DNA of 64,000 nucleotides from a virus: positions 1-64,000 of the IMG/VR virus record IMGVR_UViG_3300005573_000058, one strand, 5' to 3'. The notes beneath the pieces were generated by a model that searched no databases, was not told where the DNA came from, and saw nothing but the letters and a program-made list of their open reading frames with translations. Below, in pieces: positions 41,524 through 51,963 of the stretch. How positions within the stretch are numbered: position 1 is the first letter of the stretch; the number at the start of each line of letters is the position of its first letter. Position numbers and translations under genes: made by a program.

Positions 41524-42882
41524 CTATAAATCCTCTCCCTCTTCATCTATCATAAAGCTAGAATATGGCTGTTTCTTTCCCCATAAATTATGTCTATATC
41601 CCCTATAAGGATAAAGATGCCATGGTGCTCTAGAGTCTAGTTTTGATGGAATAGGTGTTCTTACATAATCTGATCTTTTTGCATCTCTTATTGAACCAAC
41701 ATAACAATTATAAAAATCATCTAACAATCTTCCTAATAAATCAGCATTAACATTAATATCTATTTGAAAATCACCCAGTCTTTTTGAACCACCACTTAAA
41801 ACAACACCTGTCATTATAGCTCTTAACAGATCATACTTAACTTTACAAATTAAATATGTCAAATATGGTTCAATCAAGTTACCTTTACTATCAATTACTA
41901 TCATTCCTTTATTATACATTATCATTGTATTTTCATATATTAACCTATTAACAGTATCTAAAGGAACATTTGTAACAACATCACCTAACTCTATCAATAT
42001 ACTTCTAGCATCAATGTAATAAGGCACATACAATGTTGTAAACCAAAAAGAATAGTCTGATAACATAGGTAATAGAGTTGTTCCTGATATACCTTTCTTT
42101 ATTGTAACATTATATTCATAATTAGGTTGAATATCATCGCTACTTAATTCTATAACAAAAGCATTCAAATAATTATAATATTTAACATCTATTGGTACAA
42201 CAACATATTCTTTATTATCTAAAACATGCTTTCTTACAATAGTAATATAATCATTATTAATTTCAGATAATCTGCCAACAACTGAATGTCCAAAAATACC
42301 ACTGCCAAAAATAGCATCATAAGATAATAAATTAGATATATTAACAGAATCATTAAAATATACAAATATACTTGAATTATATAAATCTTTTAAATCAACA
42401 TTACTTTCACCATCTGATGGTATAGTTTTAATAACAGATAGATAATCTGTACTTATAACTGTAACTACATCTGTTTGTTTTATTTCTTCCGGTTTTTGTT
42501 CTTCAGTATATGAAATATTTGAGGAAGCAGTTTTAATAGAAAGTACATAAGTTCCATACAACGGATAGCCTTGTGTACTTTTAATACCTATAATATTAGG
42601 ATTAGTTGGATCTATAGTACCTACTATAGTTAATTTATAAACTTTATCATATTCTAAAAATGATTTAGGAGTTACACATATTGTATACGTTGTTCTATCA
42701 TATGATATATCAATAGGAACATTTGTTGATTCTACATCCTTTCTTAAATAAACAGTATAATTATTAATAGTAGATGTATCAAGATCCTGTGAAAAATAAA
42801 TATAAAATGAACCACTGATAGGAAAATTACCAGTATATTGTATAGGATCTGTTTTTACAATTCTTGGATAACTAATTGTCAT
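41524..42882 (-). CDS. Head-tail adaptor-like protein with two Ig-like (Big_5-type) domains, 452 aa
   Basis: IYFSQDLDTSTI..VTPKSFLEYDKVYKLTI and VYFNDSV..YSFWFTT; C-terminal SKRLGDFQI. Confidence 0.65.
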   Translation of the reverse strand: MTISYPRIVKTDPIQYTGNFPISGSFYIYFSQDLDTSTINNYTVYLRKDVESTNVPIDISYDRTTYTICVTPKSFLEYDKVYKLTIVGTIDPTNPNIIGIKSTQGYPLYGTYVLSIKTASSNISYTEEQKPEEIKQTDVVTVISTDYLSVIKTIPSDGESNVDLKDLYNSSIFVYFNDSVNISNLLSYDAIFGSGIFGHSVVGRLSEINNDYITIVRKHVLDNKEYVVVPIDVKYYNYLNAFVIELSSDDIQPNYEYNVTIKKGISGTTLLPMLSDYSFWFTTLYVPYYIDARSILIELGDVVTNVPLDTVNRLIYENTMIMYNKGMIVIDSKGNLIEPYLTYLICKVKYDLLRAIMTGVVLSGGSKRLGDFQIDINVNADLLGRLLDDFYNCYVGSIRDAKRSDYVRTPIPSKLDSRAPWHLYPYRGYRHNLWGKKQPYSSFMIDEEGEDL

Positions 42883-43468
42883 CTTCTCCTAACCTAAGTT
42901 CATCTTTATCTACTGTACTTTTCAATGGACTATAATAATTATTAATCTTTTTCATAAGAAACTCTATAACGAATTCTCTTTTCCTATATTTTGTTTCTAA
43001 ATTCATCATATATCTTAATTGTTCTATATCATTTACATCATTTAATACATCAATATTTCTATAAGTAACCATATCTAAAATCTTTTTCAAATGTTTTTTA
43101 ATATCAGGAGTAATTTTAGATATCCTTTTACTATCAGTTGTTTTTATTTCGTTTTTGTCACAAGATTGTTCATTAACTGTTGAGTTACTTTTATTACTAT
43201 TTTTTATAATACTTTTTATTTCTGGATAAATTCCTTCATATGCTGGAAATAAACAATTACCATCATCATCAAAAGGAATTAATAAGCCATAGTCAATTGC
43301 TTTCTTTATATTAAAATTATTTTTATTTTCATCAATGAAATCATAGATTTTAGAAGGGTTTTCTAACAAATTTATACTTACACCAGAAACAGGATCAATA
43401 AATATAGATCCAAATTCTTTATTTATTACAACTAATGCAACATTTTTATTATTATAGTATATTTTCAT
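42872..43468 (-). CDS. Hypothetical protein, 198 aa
   Basis: ORF track; follows the capsid gene. Confidence 0.6.
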   Translation of the reverse strand: MKIYYNNKNVALVVINKEFGSIFIDPVSGVSINLLENPSKIYDFIDENKNNFNIKKAIDYGLLIPFDDDGNCLFPAYEGIYPEIKSIIKNSNKSNSTVNEQSCDKNEIKTTDSKRISKITPDIKKHLKKILDMVTYRNIDVLNDVNDIEQLRYMMNLETKYRKREFVIEFLMKKINNYYSPLKSTVDKDELRLGEDDN

Positions 43469-43473
43469 ATTTT

Positions 43474-43504
43474 AAAAAAGGGTGGGTAGATTAACTACCC
43501 ACCC
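43474..43504 (-). terminator. Intrinsic terminator after the major capsid gene
   Basis: Perfect 10-bp stem GGGTGGGTAG/CTACCCACCC plus T6 on the minus strand. Confidence 0.88.
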
Positions 43505-43521
43505 ATAAAAAAACATACAAA

Positions 43522-44850
43522 TTATGCTAATATAACACCAGATATAGGTGCAAGTGTAACACTATTTACATTATCAAACACATAGTTCTTATCAATTATA
43601 ACATTCTTAGCAATAACAATAGCCTTTCCTTGATCTATAATAGCAAATCCGTACCTTTCACCTATCTTAAGAGTTTTTATATCCCTCAAAGGATCTTCAA
43701 AATCTTCAACTTGAATAGGTGATTTCTGCACAAGAACACCAACAGCATCAGAATCACACATAATAATATGTGTTGTAGGCTTACCTTCTGCTACTGTACC
43801 TGCTCTCCCACCATGTTCCTTATAATAAGCAAATGGAGTAACAATAACCTGAAGAGGAACAGGCAAGAAATCAGGTGATGTGTAGAATGTAGCACCATAA
43901 GGATTTAACTTCCATGTAAATGCGGAAGCTCCCATTCTTCCAAAACTATCTGGTCCATTTCCTGGTCCTGTTCCAAATGGCCCATATTTTGGCCCCAACT
44001 TCTGAATATCTTCAGGAAGTTCACCTTCAAATGTTGAAGATGGGGAACCTTGTGGTACAGTTTCACTTGCTATTTTACCATTTTTAAGCATAATTTCTCT
44101 CATAAGAGGATCTGTTGCAAATACCATCCAAGCAAGAGGATGCATAATAAGAGTATTAGGAATATAATTCCTCATTGTAACATATCCAAACATAACAGCA
44201 AGATCATTGAATGTCATTGTACCGTTCTGTACTCCAGCGATATTCCTACCAGTAAGAGAACCATAAATAGCATGTGTAGGATCTGCATTATCAAAAAGAA
44301 CAGTTCCAGTCTCATTCAAAAGCTGCATTGCTTTTTTCTCTTTGTGTCTTGCAAGCGCCCTACCAGCAGCTTTCAACCAAATATTAATAATACCTATCTG
44401 GTCTTCCTCTATTGCTTCCTCTGTAACTGGAAGTGCCATACCATGTTTTGTAATAGTAATAGGCTTAAGAGCTTCACCTGCATCAGCAATTGAAAGATTA
44501 ACAATAGGCCAAGGAGCTCCTTCTGGAATTTCAGAAGCTTCGATTGCACCAATAGCTCCTATTTTAACATAAATTCCTTTTTCCAGTTCCATCTGAGAAA
44601 ACAATGAAGTAACAACTAGACGTGGTTCGGCAGCTTCGATCAATAATGTATGAATTGTTCTAGGTAAAAATCTAGCTAAATCAGGTGATGTCAACATGTC
44701 TTTTAACCTAATTCTATCATTCTGAAAAATAGTCTGACCATAAGGTAAACGACCATTATTTTTAAATGATGCTAAAAATATATCAAATTTTTTCTTTTCA
44801 TCTCCAATTAATTGAGTTGTTATAGGAACAAATTGATTTCTAAGTTCCAT
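43522..44850 (-). CDS. Major capsid protein (HK97 fold), 442 aa
   Basis: ASEIPEG, KHGMALPVTEEAIEED, AGRALARHKE, LIMHPLAW, GERYG; followed by a strong terminator. Confidence 0.88.
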   Translation of the reverse strand: MELRNQFVPITTQLIGDEKKKFDIFLASFKNNGRLPYGQTIFQNDRIRLKDMLTSPDLARFLPRTIHTLLIEAAEPRLVVTSLFSQMELEKGIYVKIGAIGAIEASEIPEGAPWPIVNLSIADAGEALKPITITKHGMALPVTEEAIEEDQIGIINIWLKAAGRALARHKEKKAMQLLNETGTVLFDNADPTHAIYGSLTGRNIAGVQNGTMTFNDLAVMFGYVTMRNYIPNTLIMHPLAWMVFATDPLMREIMLKNGKIASETVPQGSPSSTFEGELPEDIQKLGPKYGPFGTGPGNGPDSFGRMGASAFTWKLNPYGATFYTSPDFLPVPLQVIVTPFAYYKEHGGRAGTVAEGKPTTHIIMCDSDAVGVLVQKSPIQVEDFEDPLRDIKTLKIGERYGFAIIDQGKAIVIAKNVIIDKNYVFDNVNSVTLAPISGVILA

Positions 44851-44861
44851 ATTTCTCCTCC

Positions 44862-45911
44862 TTACAGATCTATGTATATTTTTGCTATTCCGAAGATACC
44901 ACTTCTAATAGCATTATACACGTCTTGTCTTGATGGTTCTGTTCCATTACTTATATACATAGCAACAGATGCAAATCCATACAAAAATGATGGTATACCC
45001 ATTGTGTCTGTTCCTGTCACATATGATTCTGGATAAGAGTCAGCATGTTGTGCCATACTCTTAGGAAATCTTGTGTCTAATTCACAAATCCTACCAACCT
45101 TCCAATCAGAATAATTCGTACCAGGATCAAATATCTTAAATTTACCATACATGTCTGACATAACTTGTTTACCACAAAGAAGATCGGTTTTAGCACCATA
45201 TAAGAAAGAAAATAAAGGAGCAAGTTCAAAATATACACCACTTGTACCATTTATGAAAGGAGTTGTAAAATTAGAATCAAAATCTGTTACATTAACAAAT
45301 GGAATTCCAATATATCCATTAACAACAACTCTTGTGATGTTATTATATGTTGGTGTATAATTAAGATATTTACCCCTCAAATCTGCATATACATCACTTA
45401 TAACAACACCAACCGGTCTTATATTACTAACTGTAAAAGAATCACCTGCTTTCGCTGCAGTTTTATCTGCCTTATAAATACCGAATTCCTCATCTAAATA
45501 TGTGTAAGTATATGTAACATCACTTCCAGTATCATCAGTAGCAGGAAATAGCAATCCACAAACACTATCAGGATATCCCCAAAACGAATCATCCAAGGAT
45601 AAACTTACAATATCACCTGTCACAGCGTCTGTATAAACAGGGATTGTACCATTATCTGCTGGTACAGGTATTCCTCCTGTAGAAAAAGGTCCCAATACAC
45701 CAACAATTGTTCCTTTTGTTATCACAATAGGATCATCTGTTGAAATATCTTTAAATACAACAGGAAGAAACTTTGCAGGATATGATGCCATTGTTATTGA
45801 TGCACCTTCCGTATAAAGAATCATATTTCTAAAAGAAGATTCAGCATATTTATCAGGAAGTGGCTTAAATGGCATATTTCTAGTTCTTCCAAAAAGTTCT
45901 ATATAGTCCAT
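44862..45911 (-). CDS. Capsid decoration/structural protein, 349 aa
   Basis: Between scaffold and MCP; VITKGTIVG, RPVGVV; GGAGG RBS. Confidence 0.6.
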   Translation of the reverse strand: MDYIELFGRTRNMPFKPLPDKYAESSFRNMILYTEGASITMASYPAKFLPVVFKDISTDDPIVITKGTIVGVLGPFSTGGIPVPADNGTIPVYTDAVTGDIVSLSLDDSFWGYPDSVCGLLFPATDDTGSDVTYTYTYLDEEFGIYKADKTAAKAGDSFTVSNIRPVGVVISDVYADLRGKYLNYTPTYNNITRVVVNGYIGIPFVNVTDFDSNFTTPFINGTSGVYFELAPLFSFLYGAKTDLLCGKQVMSDMYGKFKIFDPGTNYSDWKVGRICELDTRFPKSMAQHADSYPESYVTGTDTMGIPSFLYGFASVAMYISNGTEPSRQDVYNAIRSGIFGIAKIYIDL

Positions 45912-45920
45912 ATTACCTCC

Positions 45921-47648
45921 TTATTTACGTTTAAAAAAGTCAAAAACATCTATTTTACCAGAGTCCTTAAAAATAAGGCTCTTTTGTTCATCAAAAAGTT
46001 TTTCCTTCTCAGCTAAAGCTTGAGTAATATCAGCAAGAGACACAAACTTCGTCTTATATTCATCTAAATACTTATCCAAATTACCAGAATTAAACTGTTG
46101 TTTATTTAATATTATATCAAGATACAAATAAGTTTTGAGCATTGTGTTATACAACTTATCATTTAATCTTTTATTTTCACTAACAAGAGCATCAAGTTGA
46201 TCTACTACAACATTAGTAGCTGTTTTTGATTCCTCAAAATCTTGTATCGTTTTTTGCAGATGATCTACTTTTGTTGATAACTTTTCAAATTTAGTAATCA
46301 AAGATTTGACTTCGTTTATCTGTTCCATCATTGATTTTACATGATCTTCTATTTTTTTATTTAAATCAGATACAACAGTTGAAACTCTAGTATCAACAAA
46401 CTTAATAATATCATCTGATATCGCATTTGTGGTAGAAGCAGATGTTATTGAACTATCAACTTTAATATTGTCAGTATTTTCAACCTCATCTTTCTTACTT
46501 TCACCACAACCAAGAGCTTTCTCTCTCCTCAATATGCATGCCAATATTCTTTTCTTTACATCTGCACTAAAATTAGATCTTGCAAGATATGTTTTAGCGA
46601 CTCTAACATGTAAACAATCAGGAACAGGAAAAGATCCCTTTTCATTATGACCTGGCCTAGGAGGACCACAGAAAACATTTTTTCTCAGTTTTTTCCTTTC
46701 CTTTGTTGTCAATTTTTTATCCTCAAGATTTTCATCATCACACTCAACACCTTCATCCTTATAATCAGGATTTTTAGCAAGAAAATCACTAATTTCCTTC
46801 TCAATTTCATTCTGAGCTTTATCAATTTCATCTAAGTCTTCTTTAGTTAGCTCAATATCAGAAAAATCCTCACATTCAATAATTACATCTTCCTGTTCCT
46901 TTGTATTTTTCTTATCTGGTTTATTACCCATTGTACCTCCCTTTTCATTATCTGTTGAATACATATCAAATAACATTATACTTTCGTTAAACTTAGAATT
47001 ATCTGATAACGATGTTCTAATATAATCGTTATATTGTTCTTCTGTAAGATATTTTTCCACCATAGCATGAGAATCTGCTGGAGTATTTACAAAAGCAATA
47101 TGTTCATATTCTAATTCTAATACATCCAAAAAACATAATTTCCCATCATAATATTTACCTAAAGTATGTTCATGGCTCATTATTTCACTCATTAAACTAA
47201 ATTTTTGTCCACATATAGAACACATAACATCAAGACCATGAACACCAACACTAACTGTTAGTAATCTTCCATCCATTACTTTTTCAATAGCATCTGGATC
47301 TAATATAGAAGCAACAACCCTTACATATCCATCTGGTATATTATAACTATTATTATCCAAAAGTCCATTCGCCAAGGGAACAAAAGTTGCATCTTTAACT
47401 CTACCTATAACATTTTCGACATTATCTTCGTGAGAAACTAAAACGGGTTTTGGATAAGGATTTAAAAATGAACTTATACCTGCAATTGCTGCTTCTTTCC
47501 TATATCTATAAAAATTTCTATTAACAAAACCTGTATGAGTTGCACTTATCACAGCATATATAGGTTTCTTTTTATCAAAAGATTTAAAAGTTTCATCAAA
47601 AGTATCAACAAGCTTTATAGAATAAAGATCTTTTAAAAGTATATTCAT
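45921..47648 (-). CDS. Prohead protease-scaffold fusion, 575 aa
   Basis: PVLVSH..IGRV, DGRLLTVSVG..CSICG..HEH, AFVNTPAD; acidic linker and coiled-coil C-terminus. Confidence 0.8.
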   Translation of the reverse strand: MNILLKDLYSIKLVDTFDETFKSFDKKKPIYAVISATHTGFVNRNFYRYRKEAAIAGISSFLNPYPKPVLVSHEDNVENVIGRVKDATFVPLANGLLDNNSYNIPDGYVRVVASILDPDAIEKVMDGRLLTVSVGVHGLDVMCSICGQKFSLMSEIMSHEHTLGKYYDGKLCFLDVLELEYEHIAFVNTPADSHAMVEKYLTEEQYNDYIRTSLSDNSKFNESIMLFDMYSTDNEKGGTMGNKPDKKNTKEQEDVIIECEDFSDIELTKEDLDEIDKAQNEIEKEISDFLAKNPDYKDEGVECDDENLEDKKLTTKERKKLRKNVFCGPPRPGHNEKGSFPVPDCLHVRVAKTYLARSNFSADVKKRILACILRREKALGCGESKKDEVENTDNIKVDSSITSASTTNAISDDIIKFVDTRVSTVVSDLNKKIEDHVKSMMEQINEVKSLITKFEKLSTKVDHLQKTIQDFEESKTATNVVVDQLDALVSENKRLNDKLYNTMLKTYLYLDIILNKQQFNSGNLDKYLDEYKTKFVSLADITQALAEKEKLFDEQKSLIFKDSGKIDVFDFFKRK

Positions 47649-47666
47649 TCTTCTTACCTCCTACTA

Positions 47667-47675
47667 GATATAGCA
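47667..47675 (-). promoter_or_regulatory. Extended -10-like promoter TGCTATATC
   Basis: Variant motif upstream of the GGAGG RBS. Confidence 0.45.
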
Positions 47676-47705
47676 TATAACAGATTAAAAACCAAATAAT
47701 AACAA

Positions 47706-49817
47706 CTAATCATCAGAAATAACAATATCTCGTACGGCATTTGGATGCCATTTCCAAGGAATAAGATAAAAATGTTTATCTTCCATATCTATATTATCAG
47801 ATTCATTCTCAGTATTTTCTAATAAAAATTTAATTTTACATTTCTCATATCCCAATCTTTTAAGTACTAATAACTTAGCAGCACAATATACTCTCACCAT
47901 TGTTGTTCTAGCAAATACTTCTAAATTAAATTTTAACCTATTTTCTTTGTCAACAAAAGTAGGATATGTTTTATCATCATGCATTACTTGCTTAGCATGA
48001 AATATAGAATTTTGAATATCATTAAATATATTATTTCTCAGATATTTCATTATATCTTCTATCTTTATAAAATATGGATCATTTTTCTGAACATCTTCAA
48101 TATTATTACCATACATATCAAAAGTATCTTTTATAGCTTTATCTATACATTTATATGCATAACTAAAAACAACACTATTCATGTATTCTGACATCCTTTC
48201 ATAAACAGCACCAATACCATGTTCAAAATTTACAAACTCTTTATCTATAAATAAATGTAGTAAAGTCGACAACTTATTAACATATATATCATTAAGATAA
48301 TTCTTAACATTAGGTTTTATACTATCCATAAATATTAAATCTTCTAAACTAGAAACCTCGTCTGCTTTTAAACCTGCTGATTCCTTAGTACCATACTGAT
48401 TAGTAGGCATATTTAAAGTAGACAAATATCCTTCAACAGTTTCATCCCTAGATGTAGCAATTGCTGTTGGCAACTTAAACAAATAAAAATATGTTCTATT
48501 TAACGAATCAGATGACATTGTAGGAAGATTTAAATAATTACTCCTATATTCATCTAATGTTATAGCACTATTTTGATACAACACAAGACCATGATTTTCG
48601 TTCATATGCTTCCATTCTATATCTATTTCAGGAATATATATTCTAACATCAACATCTTTACTTTTTGATCCAAATAAATATGTTATTATTTCCTTCATAA
48701 CAAACTCATTCATGTATAAAGTATAAAAATTACTATATGTTTTTGCTAATCTCACTATGTTCTTACTAACTATCTGACTCGTTGCTCTATTAGACGTACC
48801 TGTTTCACCAAAATCTAATGCTGATAAACCAAGCCCCATTTGAACACGTTGTTTAAAATATTCTAAATAATCATAAACATCATTAAGATTAGAAGCTCCT
48901 TTATCTGGAACTTCTATAGACCATCTATCTGTTGTAATAAGAGCACCAGTACTTAATTTTTCCTCTATCTTCAGCTCCATTTCAGATATTTGTGCTCTTG
49001 TTTCATCTTCTGATGCTGCTTCTGAATTATATTTTAAATGAAATAATGGCACGATGTGCTGAAATATATATGCATAAATATCTTCTTCTAATCTTCTCAA
49101 TACTACCAAATCATCTAAAACAGGTAACATATATGGCACTGACCATAAAAATTTAGAATTTGGATAATACTTTAAATGCACAATATCTTCAACAGGAATA
49201 TAAACAGTATCCTTATTTGTTATATCTATATATTTAATAACATTACCATTTCCATCTGTTACAATACCAAGAGAAAAAGGAGATATACATTCGATACCAA
49301 TTATTTCTTTAACTTTCTTACCATTAATATATACAGACGAATCATCTTTTCCTCTAATTTTATGTACAAAAGCATTAGAATAAAGTATCAAATCTGTTAA
49401 AACTTTATAAGATAAATTTTCGAATGGATCTTGTGTTAATTCAAATAGAGACTTGAAATAATCTGTTGTTTTTGCTAAATATTTACTCGATGATGAAACC
49501 AAACCTATACCATTTAAAAATATATAAGACAATATAGAATCAACTGCTCTTCTTACTATAGAATCATGAAAATAAGTACTTTCAATATCAGCAAAAAAAC
49601 TAGGAGGATAATGAATATAATATTCTCTTCCCTGTTCATCTACAAATCTTTTATTTTTAAAATAAGAAACAACATTGCTTCTTGAATTTTTTAAATTTCT
49701 TATTATAGTACCACCACTTATTTGTTTATATATCACTTGACGTAATGATTTATCAACTTTCTCATTACCCTTATCACTAACATATATATCCTTTAAAACT
49801 ACTTGCAGATTATTCAT
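47706..49817 (-). CDS. Portal protein, 703 aa
   Basis: DSIVRRAVD, DLILYSNAF, EDIVHLK, GETGTSNRATS, AITLDEYR; position. Confidence 0.85.
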   Translation of the reverse strand: MNNLQVVLKDIYVSDKGNEKVDKSLRQVIYKQISGGTIIRNLKNSRSNVVSYFKNKRFVDEQGREYYIHYPPSFFADIESTYFHDSIVRRAVDSILSYIFLNGIGLVSSSSKYLAKTTDYFKSLFELTQDPFENLSYKVLTDLILYSNAFVHKIRGKDDSSVYINGKKVKEIIGIECISPFSLGIVTDGNGNVIKYIDITNKDTVYIPVEDIVHLKYYPNSKFLWSVPYMLPVLDDLVVLRRLEEDIYAYIFQHIVPLFHLKYNSEAASEDETRAQISEMELKIEEKLSTGALITTDRWSIEVPDKGASNLNDVYDYLEYFKQRVQMGLGLSALDFGETGTSNRATSQIVSKNIVRLAKTYSNFYTLYMNEFVMKEIITYLFGSKSKDVDVRIYIPEIDIEWKHMNENHGLVLYQNSAITLDEYRSNYLNLPTMSSDSLNRTYFYLFKLPTAIATSRDETVEGYLSTLNMPTNQYGTKESAGLKADEVSSLEDLIFMDSIKPNVKNYLNDIYVNKLSTLLHLFIDKEFVNFEHGIGAVYERMSEYMNSVVFSYAYKCIDKAIKDTFDMYGNNIEDVQKNDPYFIKIEDIMKYLRNNIFNDIQNSIFHAKQVMHDDKTYPTFVDKENRLKFNLEVFARTTMVRVYCAAKLLVLKRLGYEKCKIKFLLENTENESDNIDMEDKHFYLIPWKWHPNAVRDIVISDD

Positions 49818-49829
49818 TTATTTAAAATA

Positions 49830-49838
49830 AATATAGCA
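49830..49838 (-). promoter_or_regulatory. Extended -10-like promoter TGCTATATT before the portal gene
   Basis: Variant motif 12 nt before the ATG; no SD. Confidence 0.5.
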
Positions 49839-49839
49839 T

Positions 49840-51963
49840 TTATTTAATATTTTTCCAAATCTCATTAAAATCCTCACTATAATCCTCAATACCACATTCA
49901 TCAACTGATTTAAATAACAATGTTAGTGGATCATTGTCTTGTAAAAATGCACCAGATGTTGGATCTCTCTTAAACAAAGAAATTATTTCCGCATCCGAAA
50001 GACCTGCATCTTTTAAAATAGACACTAATGGATAACCTTCAGATGATTTTAATTTATCCATTATGTAATTAGATAACTTATCATTTATAGTACCATCAGG
50101 TGATATTATCTGTTGTTGTTCTACTGCTAATTCACCTATACTAGCACTGCCAACAGACATATTTCCAATATTATTAAAAATATTATTAACATCTCTATTT
50201 AAACATTTAAAATAATACATAATATTACCTGTTAAATTATTTGCCTTTTTTAAGACCTCTTCCATTTCACCTAAGAAATTTATAATTGTTTGCATAGCAA
50301 TACTTTTCTTTATAGTATTAATACCATTCTTTATATTACTATCAATATTTTTCTTTATATAATTCAAACAATCTGTTAGTATCCTCTTCATATTATTTAC
50401 AACTTCATCATATAGATTAATAAGAATATCAATAAAAGATGCAAATGCAAAACATTCTAAAAGTACTTTTTTTAATTTACTATCTTCTCTACTTTTTTGT
50501 TTTAAATTTTTAAGATATTTTATTAATGCATTATTTTTAGTCATATAATCAACAACATATAACAAAACAGATACTAAACCACCTAATATAGCTAATATAA
50601 AACATTTTACAATATCTGATACAGATGTTATAACAAAATCCAATTCAGTTCTATTAAAATTTAGAGCAAATTGCAACATTGCTCTAATTGTTCTTAAATA
50701 ACCTATAAACTTATTTACTTCTTTCTTTTCTTTTGGAGATAATGATATTAAATTTCTAATTAAACAACAAGCTAATCTTCTATCAGAAATTAAGAAATTA
50801 ACTGTTGTAACAAAATCATCTATTGCTCTTCCAATTGACCTTACAATTTCATCTAATCCATCTAATATATCTGGGGCAATATCAAAACTTTTTAGCTTAC
50901 TTGATTCTAAAATATCCTTAGATATTAATAAATTCTTTCCTAAATACTTACCAATATCGAAAAGAGACAAACCAAGATTGTTTGTATCATCTGCTCTTGC
51001 TTTTAAATCATTTTTGTAATCCTCAATAATATTTTTTGCTCTATCTCTACATTTTGATGGGGCTACATCCCCCATATATTTTGATATTTCTTTTTGTAAA
51101 TCGCCAAACATCTGAATAGTTACAACTTCATCTTTATCAGATGTTATTGGAACAGGTTTTTTCTGATCATCATCCCATTCATATTCCCTAGAATCCCAAC
51201 ATTTCTTTTCAACAATTCCTCCAAATAAACCCATTACAGGCATTTTACTATACCATTTATTTCTAAATTTATACCTACATTCAATAAACAATTCTTTATA
51301 TTTATCAATATTTAAATCTAATCCTATATCATAAGGCAATTTAGATTTAATAAGTTCAAAAAGTTTTATAAGAGGAGTTAAAACTCTCACTACTATACCT
51401 TTTATAATACCAACAGCCAGAGATAAGCCAAATTTCAAAACATAATATAAAATCCATTCTGCTACATATAAAAACACAAGTTTAAAAACTTGCAATATAC
51501 TCAATGATTTAAAATCTTTCAAAACATCATCCAAATTCTTTTTAGTAATACCTTCATCAATTAAATTACACTCATCATCGTATTTTGTAACTTTGACATC
51601 TACTACAACTTTACCATTTTCAACTGTATGAAAACCAATATTAGAAAAATCTATAGGTATAACAACATTTGGATTTAACAAAGTATCTAAAGCTTTTTCA
51701 TAATCATTAATATCTATTTCTTCTTTTACACTACTTTTAACCTTTATATCAGCTAAATATTTTCGTAACTTATCTAAACCATCAGATAGCATCAATTCAT
51801 ACTTTTTTAAATCATCTAACAAACTATCTGCTTTAGATCTTCTTTCTTCTTGTTCTTGTTCTTTTTGTTCTTCTCTTTTTTCAGACAGTAATTTATCTTC
51901 CGTTGTTACAACTCTTCTAGGTTCCCATTCTATTCTAGGCTTTTTTGATAACCCTTTCCCCAT
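49840..51963 (-). CDS. Hypothetical helical protein with hydrophobic segments, 707 aa
   Basis: ORF track; lies between terminase and portal. Confidence 0.6.
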   Translation of the reverse strand: MGKGLSKKPRIEWEPRRVVTTEDKLLSEKREEQKEQEQEERRSKADSLLDDLKKYELMLSDGLDKLRKYLADIKVKSSVKEEIDINDYEKALDTLLNPNVVIPIDFSNIGFHTVENGKVVVDVKVTKYDDECNLIDEGITKKNLDDVLKDFKSLSILQVFKLVFLYVAEWILYYVLKFGLSLAVGIIKGIVVRVLTPLIKLFELIKSKLPYDIGLDLNIDKYKELFIECRYKFRNKWYSKMPVMGLFGGIVEKKCWDSREYEWDDDQKKPVPITSDKDEVVTIQMFGDLQKEISKYMGDVAPSKCRDRAKNIIEDYKNDLKARADDTNNLGLSLFDIGKYLGKNLLISKDILESSKLKSFDIAPDILDGLDEIVRSIGRAIDDFVTTVNFLISDRRLACCLIRNLISLSPKEKKEVNKFIGYLRTIRAMLQFALNFNRTELDFVITSVSDIVKCFILAILGGLVSVLLYVVDYMTKNNALIKYLKNLKQKSREDSKLKKVLLECFAFASFIDILINLYDEVVNNMKRILTDCLNYIKKNIDSNIKNGINTIKKSIAMQTIINFLGEMEEVLKKANNLTGNIMYYFKCLNRDVNNIFNNIGNMSVGSASIGELAVEQQQIISPDGTINDKLSNYIMDKLKSSEGYPLVSILKDAGLSDAEIISLFKRDPTSGAFLQDNDPLTLLFKSVDECGIEDYSEDFNEIWKNIK

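Noticed and set aside
43524-43534. Plus-strand TGCTA(A/T)AT matches at gene ends (also near 35525)
   Set aside because: Explained by the terminal Ala-stop codons of minus-strand genes; no plausible downstream plus-strand gene
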